This document shows positions 60,015 to 64,000 of a DNA stretch of 64,000 bases, piece after piece; positions within the stretch are counted from its first letter, which is position 1, and each line of letters starts with the position of its first letter. The notes below the pieces were generated by a model that saw only the letters and a list, made by a program, of their open reading frames with translations, made no database searches and was not told the origin of the DNA. Origin of the DNA: Mobula hypostoma (Eukaryota); contig NC_086108.1 of assembly GCF_963921235.1 (NCBI RefSeq), forward strand, positions 12,090,001-12,154,000, written 5' to 3'. Both the position numbers and the translations under genes were made by a program.

Positions 60015-62385
60015 ATGGTTTTTGTTTGTCTTTCAAGTATCCACTGTAGTTTGATTAAACCGAGATGACTGTTGAAGTGCAGCATATTTTTTTCTTTGCA
60101 AGGGGAGACGGGACCAAGTTTTAAAAAAAGCACAGTATGTGTTTCTTTGCAAGGGGAGAATGATGGAGGAGTTAAAAAAAGGCAGAAAATAGACAAAATT
60201 CACAGGTTCATAAACAGTGAGTACCTGTTGATAATATTAATGAATCAATAAAAGCAAAAATGGCTGGCTACATCAGAACTATAGATGTGTTTGATTGTAC
60301 AACAGGTAACTGTGTGATGTTACTGAAAGAATTGGACATTATTTTGAAGCAAATGAAATAGCCAATGAAAAGTGAGTACCTATTTTGCAATTGGTGGAAA
60401 AGCATAGTTTGCACAGAGATTTGGCTGCTCTAACCAAACCAGCCGAAATGAGCTTTTCCGATATCTTGAATGTAATGCAGAAACATTTAGAACAGAACCC
60501 ATTGATTTCAGAACCCTTTAGGTTTCATAAGCAGAATCAAAAGGAAGGGGAGTCCATTTCAGCATAAGTGGCTGAATTGAGGAAATTGTCTGAGCATTGC
60601 CAGTTCCGTGATAGGCTTAATAATGCACTGAAAAATCAAATAGTTTGTGGAATCTACCAAGAAAGCTTTCAAAAACAGCTTCTAACTGAAGCACAACCCA
60701 TATTTAAAAGAGCAGTTGGAATTGCTGTATCAATGGAAGCAACAAGCAGAGATACAACTGAGTTGCAGTCAGGAATGAAAATGAACGTGGACAAAATTGC
60801 AGTGTCTAAACAGAAATTGGCTTGTCTGAACAATTGTGCTACCATTGTAGCAGGGGCTCACATACCCCAGACCAATGCCATTTAAAAACAAAACTTGCAG
60901 AAAATGCAACCGAAGTAGGACAATACAAAGATTATGCTGGGAAGACAAAGATGAGTGGACTGCACAGGGAAGAGAACAAGATACAAAGTCAAGCTTCATT
61001 TTCAAAAAGAGCACCAATCTGCATATTATTGATGAAAAAATTGGCAATTATAAGAGTGACACAGGACTGTGTAGCCTTGAGATTTACAATGTGAAAACTA
61101 ACAAGCGGCAAGTAATATTGCTAACACCAGAAGTGAACGGCAGATTAATTAAAATGGAAATGGACACTGACTTGGCTCTTTCAGTCATTCCACAAAACAA
61201 GTTTCAGCACCATTTCAAAGATACTGAACTGAAGCCTGCAGATATCTAACTAAGAACTTATACTTGAGAAAAGTAATGTCTGTTGGAATGACTTTCTTAA
61301 CAGTGAAATACAACAACCAACAAGTCGCATTAAGCTTGTATGTGGTAAAGGCAGGAGGGCCAGCATTGTGGGGACATGATTAACTGAGACAATTACATCT
61401 TGATTGGAGATCCATCCACCATTTGCATGCTGCATCCCCTGCAATGAAGCCAGATAAAAGCGAATTAAAAAAGGTACTGGATGCTGCCACAGCGGTGTTC
61501 AAGAATGGCATTGAAAAACTCAAAAGTATCGTAAGTAGTATTAAATGAAAATGCCACACCCAAGTTTTACAAAGCCCATCTGGTTCTTATACTATCCGTG
61601 ATAAAATAGCCTGTCAGCTAGATTGCATGGAGGCTGAAGGAATTCTTTCCAAGTTTGAGTGGAGCCCTTGGGCAACGGTGGTGGTCCCAATGGGCAAGAA
61701 GAATGGATGTGTTAGGATCCGTGATGATTTTAAGGTCGCCATCAACCCACTACTAAAAATAGATCAATCCCCTTTGCCAAGCATAGAGGACATCTTTGTA
61801 AACCTTTCTGATGGATATACTTCAGCAAAGTGGACTTAGCAGAGACCTACTTACAAATGGAGACGGAAGAAGAGTCCAAGACATTTCTTAACAATAAACA
61901 CTTACAAATGGCTTTATTGCTGTAATAGGTTTATTTTTGGAGCAACATCTACACCTGCACTCTGGCAGAAACCTATGAACCAGGTGCTGCAAGGCTGCCC
62001 AGGCACTCGGTGTTACCTGGATGCCATCATTGTTACCGGTGAGGATGACAAGGAACATCTCCAAAATCTCAAGAGAGTGTTAAAAGATTAGAAGTTGATT
62101 GGGCTCAGAGCACGACGTGACAAGGGTTAATTCTTTAAGTGGAGCATTACTGACTGGTGTCGCACGGTTGACACACAAGGACTACACAAGAGTGCTGAGA
62201 AAATTCAAGTAGTGGTGACCAAAGGACATTTCACGGTTGCAATCATTCTTAGGATTTGTCAATTACTATAATGGATTCCTGCCAAACCCAGCTACTGTGC
62301 TCACACTTTGAACTCATTACTGCAGACTGGGAGAAATGGCCATGGACAAAACAGTGTGAGGTAGTTTTCCAAAGGATAAAGTAAA
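60015..62385 (+). mobile_element. Decayed Ty3/Gypsy (Mag-like) gag-pro-RT, truncated before RNase H/integrase
   Basis: Gag with CCHC knuckle CYHCSRGSHTPDQC, protease IKMEMDTD, RT SPWATVVVP.KKNG.VRI..DFK...PLP.IEDIF, and CYLDAII (from YLDD). Confidence 0.9.
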
Positions 62386-62440
62386 TAAACCAAAGACAAC
62401 AGATGGTAAAACAAAGATCTTTCTTATTCCTTTAGACTTG

Positions 62441-62520
62441 CAGGAGTTCCCAGTCATTTTTATGCCATGGATCAATGCTATTGAACAAGGGGTCCGTGGA
62501 CCCAAGGTTAAGAACACCTG
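62441..62520. mobile_element. 80-bp hAT(Charlie)-like MITE
   Basis: Imperfect TIRs CAGGAGTTCCCAG / TTAAGAACACCTG and internal GGGGTCCGTGGACCC; TSD not preserved. Confidence 0.65.
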
Positions 62521-62556
62521 CGAGCATCCTAGGCCCTTACTCCCTAAGGGGTACCA

Positions 62557-63810
62557 GAAGACCATGACATAGGGGCAGAAATAGTCTATTCGTCCCATCG
62601 AGTCTGCTCCACTAGTCCATTATGGGTGATCTTGGATCCCACTCAACCCCATACACCTGCATTCTCACCATAACCTTTGATGCCCTGACTGACCAGGAAG
62701 TGGTCAACTTCCGCCTTAAATATACCCACAGACTTGAACTCCACTACAGTTTGTGGAAGAGCATTCCACAGGTACACTATTCTCTGGCTAAAACAATTCT
62801 TCCTTACCTCTGTTCTAAAAGGTCGACCCTCAATTATGAGGCTCTGCTCTCTAGTTCTGGAATACTCCCACCACAGGAAACACCCTCTCCACATCCACCC
62901 TATCTAGTCCTTCCAACATTCGATAGGTTTCAATGGGATTCCCGCGCATTCTTCTAAATTCCAGTGAGTACAGGCCAAAAGCTGCCAAACACCCCTCATA
63001 TGTTAACTCCTTCATTCCCAAAATCATCCTTGCAAACCTCCTCTGGACTTTCTCCAATGGCAACACATCCTTTCTGAGATATGGGGCCCAAAACTGTTGT
63101 CAATACTCCAAGTGTGGCCTGAGTAGTGTCTTAAAAGTCTTAGAATTATCTCCTTGATTTTATTTCTATTCCCCTTGAAATAAATGCTAACATTGTATTT
63201 GCCTTCTTTACCACAGACTCAACCTGTAAATTAACTTTCTGGAAATCTTGCACAAGGACTCCTAAGTCCCTCTGCATGTCTGTTGTTTGAATTTTCTCCC
63301 CATTTAGATAATAGTCTGCACTATTGTTCCTTTAACCAAAATGCATTATCGTACATTTCCTAACACTGTATTCCATCTGCCACTTTTTTGTCCATCCTTC
63401 CAATTTGTCTAAGTCCTGCTGCAATCACATTGCTTCCTCAACACTACCTACCCCTCCACCTGTCTTTATATCATCTGCAAACTTTGCCACAAAGCCATCA
63501 ATTCCATTATCCAAATCATTGACAAAAATGTGAAAAGCAGCAGTCCCAATACTGACCCCTGATGAACACCACTAATCACTGGCAGCTAACCAGAAAAGGC
63601 CCCTTTTATTTCCACTCACTGCCTCTGGCCTGTCAGCCATTCCTCTATCCATACCAATATCTTTCCTGTACTGCCATAGCATTTTATCTTGTTAAGCAGC
63701 CTCATGTGTGGCACCTTATCAAACACCTTCTGAAAATCCAAGTAAATGACATTAACTGCCTCTCCTTTGTCCACCCTGCTTGTTACTTCCTTGAAGAACT
63801 CTAACAGATT
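62557..63810 (-). mobile_element. CR1 LINE 3' half (close to 561-1935)
   Basis: ORFs 62643..62894 and 62851..63066; RT motifs present on the minus strand. Confidence 0.9.
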
Positions 63811-64000
63811 TCACAAGATCACAAGACAAAGGAGCAGAAGTAGGCCATTTGGCCCATCGAGTCTGCTCTGCAGCTCCCCCATGAACTAAACTATTCACCC
63901 ATCTAGTTCCAATTTCCGGTATTATCCCCATATCCCTTGATACCCTGACTAATTAGATACCTGTCAATCTCCTCCTTGAACACCCCCAATGATTGGGCCT
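63811..64000 (-). mobile_element. CR1 3' end with (TCTTGTGA)n tail, runs off the window
   Basis: TCACAAGATCACAAGACAAAGGAGCAGAAGTAGGCCATTTGGCCC. Confidence 0.85.

Noticed and set aside
60015..62385. Domesticated gag/pol-derived host gene or active retrovirus
   Set aside because: Many stops and frameshifts, mutated catalytic motifs (DTG, YLDD), and no env or integrase.

Overview
This is eukaryotic, repeat-dominated genomic DNA with no recognisable host gene, rRNA, tRNA gene or CRISPR array. The mix of elements suggests a cartilaginous fish, probably a ray; this is an inference, not a database match. It contains many CR1 LINE subfamilies, Rex1/Babar-type LINEs, Penelope-like GIY-YIG elements (PLEs), RTE and Vingi/Ingi-like fragments, tRNA-derived SINEs, Tc1 and hAT derivatives, TG...CA solo-LTR-like inserts and a decayed Ty3/Gypsy element. 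The first ~11 kb is a degenerate 23-bp satellite interrupted by four TE insertions. Almost all supplied ORFs are TE pseudogene pieces, antisense shadows or tandem-repeat artefacts. Highlights: (1) minimal hammerhead-ribozyme motifs in the PLE terminal repeats, one with an intact catalytic core at an inversion junction; (2) a four-level nest CR1 > RTE > PLE > young CR1 that can be ordered from its junctions; (3) an RT-less PLE with inverted ends; (4) nested and repeat-filled solo LTRs; (5) a Tc1 derivative with three TIRs; (6) a 21/63/126-bp higher-order minisatellite. I found no convincing wholly new biological system. Boundaries without a stated TSD are approximate (about +/-20 bp), and family names come from motif recognition only.
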